NCBI RefSeq assembly: GCF_006345805.1
Contig: NC_043013.1
Span: forward strand, 48,112,001 to 48,176,000
DNA length: 64,000 nucleotides
DNA from: Octopus sinensis
Lineage: Eukaryota
Reading direction: 5' to 3'
Shown here piece by piece: positions 62,913 to 64,000 of this stretch (position 1 is the first letter of the stretch; every line of letters begins with the position of its first letter). A program made the translations under genes and the position numbers. Below the pieces are notes generated by a model. That model did no database searches. It worked only from the letters and a program-made list of their open reading frames with translations, and was not told the DNA's origin.

Positions 62913-64000
62913 CAACTTAGCGCTATCCTGAACAGATTTTAAAATATACATGTACACCACGTGGAATCTCGCTAACTCGATTTTGGCTGGAACCAACACC
63001 ACCACTGATGAAACTAATAATATCACCGCCGATGAAAACAGAACTACTTCATCAGTAAGTTATTTAAGAAGACGTAAGTACTCTTCTCATTTTATTTGGG
63101 CTCAGCAACTAAACCAAGATTTACTTTGGTATTATGAAAAAGCCCGAGGTGACCCTTCAATCGGGTACATGAAGCGGTCAAAACAATACTGGGACGAAGC
63201 TCATCCCAGCTTAAATACCTTCACGGCCAAACAGCTCCGACAACAAGCATCTTCTGTAAAAAACAAATCAACTGATCCTCGATCCTCCCAAAACACTAAG
63301 AAGGGGTCAAAATCTTCCAGACGTGGAATAAAAAATAATGTAAACAAGCCACCGCTCTCGCCATCGATAAATTCGTGTGTGTCTCCAAATTTAGCTGACT
63401 CAGTAGCGAAGACTGCGGAATACATCCAACTCAAAAACATTTTAAAATTACAATTCGCAAAAAATTTTGCTACTTTCTCAGAGCTTTCGTTGACCATTGC
63501 CAACAAAAGTGAGAAAAAAATCCGACTGGTTTAATGTTTAAAGTCATCAACGATGTCGCTGGAGAGCACATGGAATCACGTGAAGTTAATTGCTGGAATA
63601 TAAATACTCTTGTATATGCAGCCGCTATTACTCTTAAAGAACAACTAGGAGAAATCTACAGTGAACAAAGTAGCGAAATTACTAAACGGAAACAACCTAG
63701 ATGGAAAGCAAAACTTGAAGAAAACATCAACAACATGTGCTGCCATATCAGATGGTTAACTACAACAATAAAATGTAAAGAGAAAAATGAGTTTACACCT
63801 CATCAACTCTACCTCAGATAAAAATCAACGAAACCCGATGGCAACTCTTCACACTGAGCCCTTGAGGGAAAGTTAATCACTTTAAAACATGAACTCAGGA
63901 CGATGAGCGAGAAACTCCCCTATCGCATGCGAATTTTTGAACGAGCCAGTATCAATCGCAAGGTGGCTTTCAACCCACAAAGCATTATACAGAGAGATGA
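62913..64000 (+). pseudogene. 5' part of an R4/Dong-type RLE retrotransposon ORF (runs off window)
   Basis: W.QQLNQDLLWYYEKAR..SIGYMKRSKQYWDEAHP...TAKQLRQQA (Myb-like N-terminus) then NTLVYAAA...PRWKAKLE; frame breaks at 63534 and 63821. Confidence 0.75.

Overview
AT-rich, repeat-dense eukaryotic DNA with one 100-N scaffold gap (18164-18263). The SINE families and (TA)n/(GATA)n/(TG)n load suggest an octopus genome; this is my inference, not a database result. No host protein-coding gene can be called confidently. Most listed ORFs are microsatellite or satellite artefacts. Recognisable coding remnants are all decayed transposons: a DD37D maT/Tc1-mariner transposase, a ~2.4 kb Tigger/pogo, Penelope RT and GIY-YIG fragments, two RTE 3' ends, an L1/Tx1 RT and several R4/Dong-type RLE retrotransposons. 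About 35 tRNA-derived SINE copies of three modular families, plus Helitron/Helentron-like elements and MITEs, fill much of the rest. Best second-look items: (1) seven hammerhead-ribozyme-like motifs of the minimal Penelope type, including a fully foldable type I candidate at 58899-58941; (2) a 141-bp satellite apparently grown inside a Helitron-like element; (3) many long foldback elements and inverted repeats; (4) a TIR element with TTAGGG-type repeats and no visible TSD; (5) a 1.2 kb direct-repeat-bounded element; (6) an RFX X-box promoter candidate with possible small exons on both sides. All sequence comparisons and folds were done by eye.
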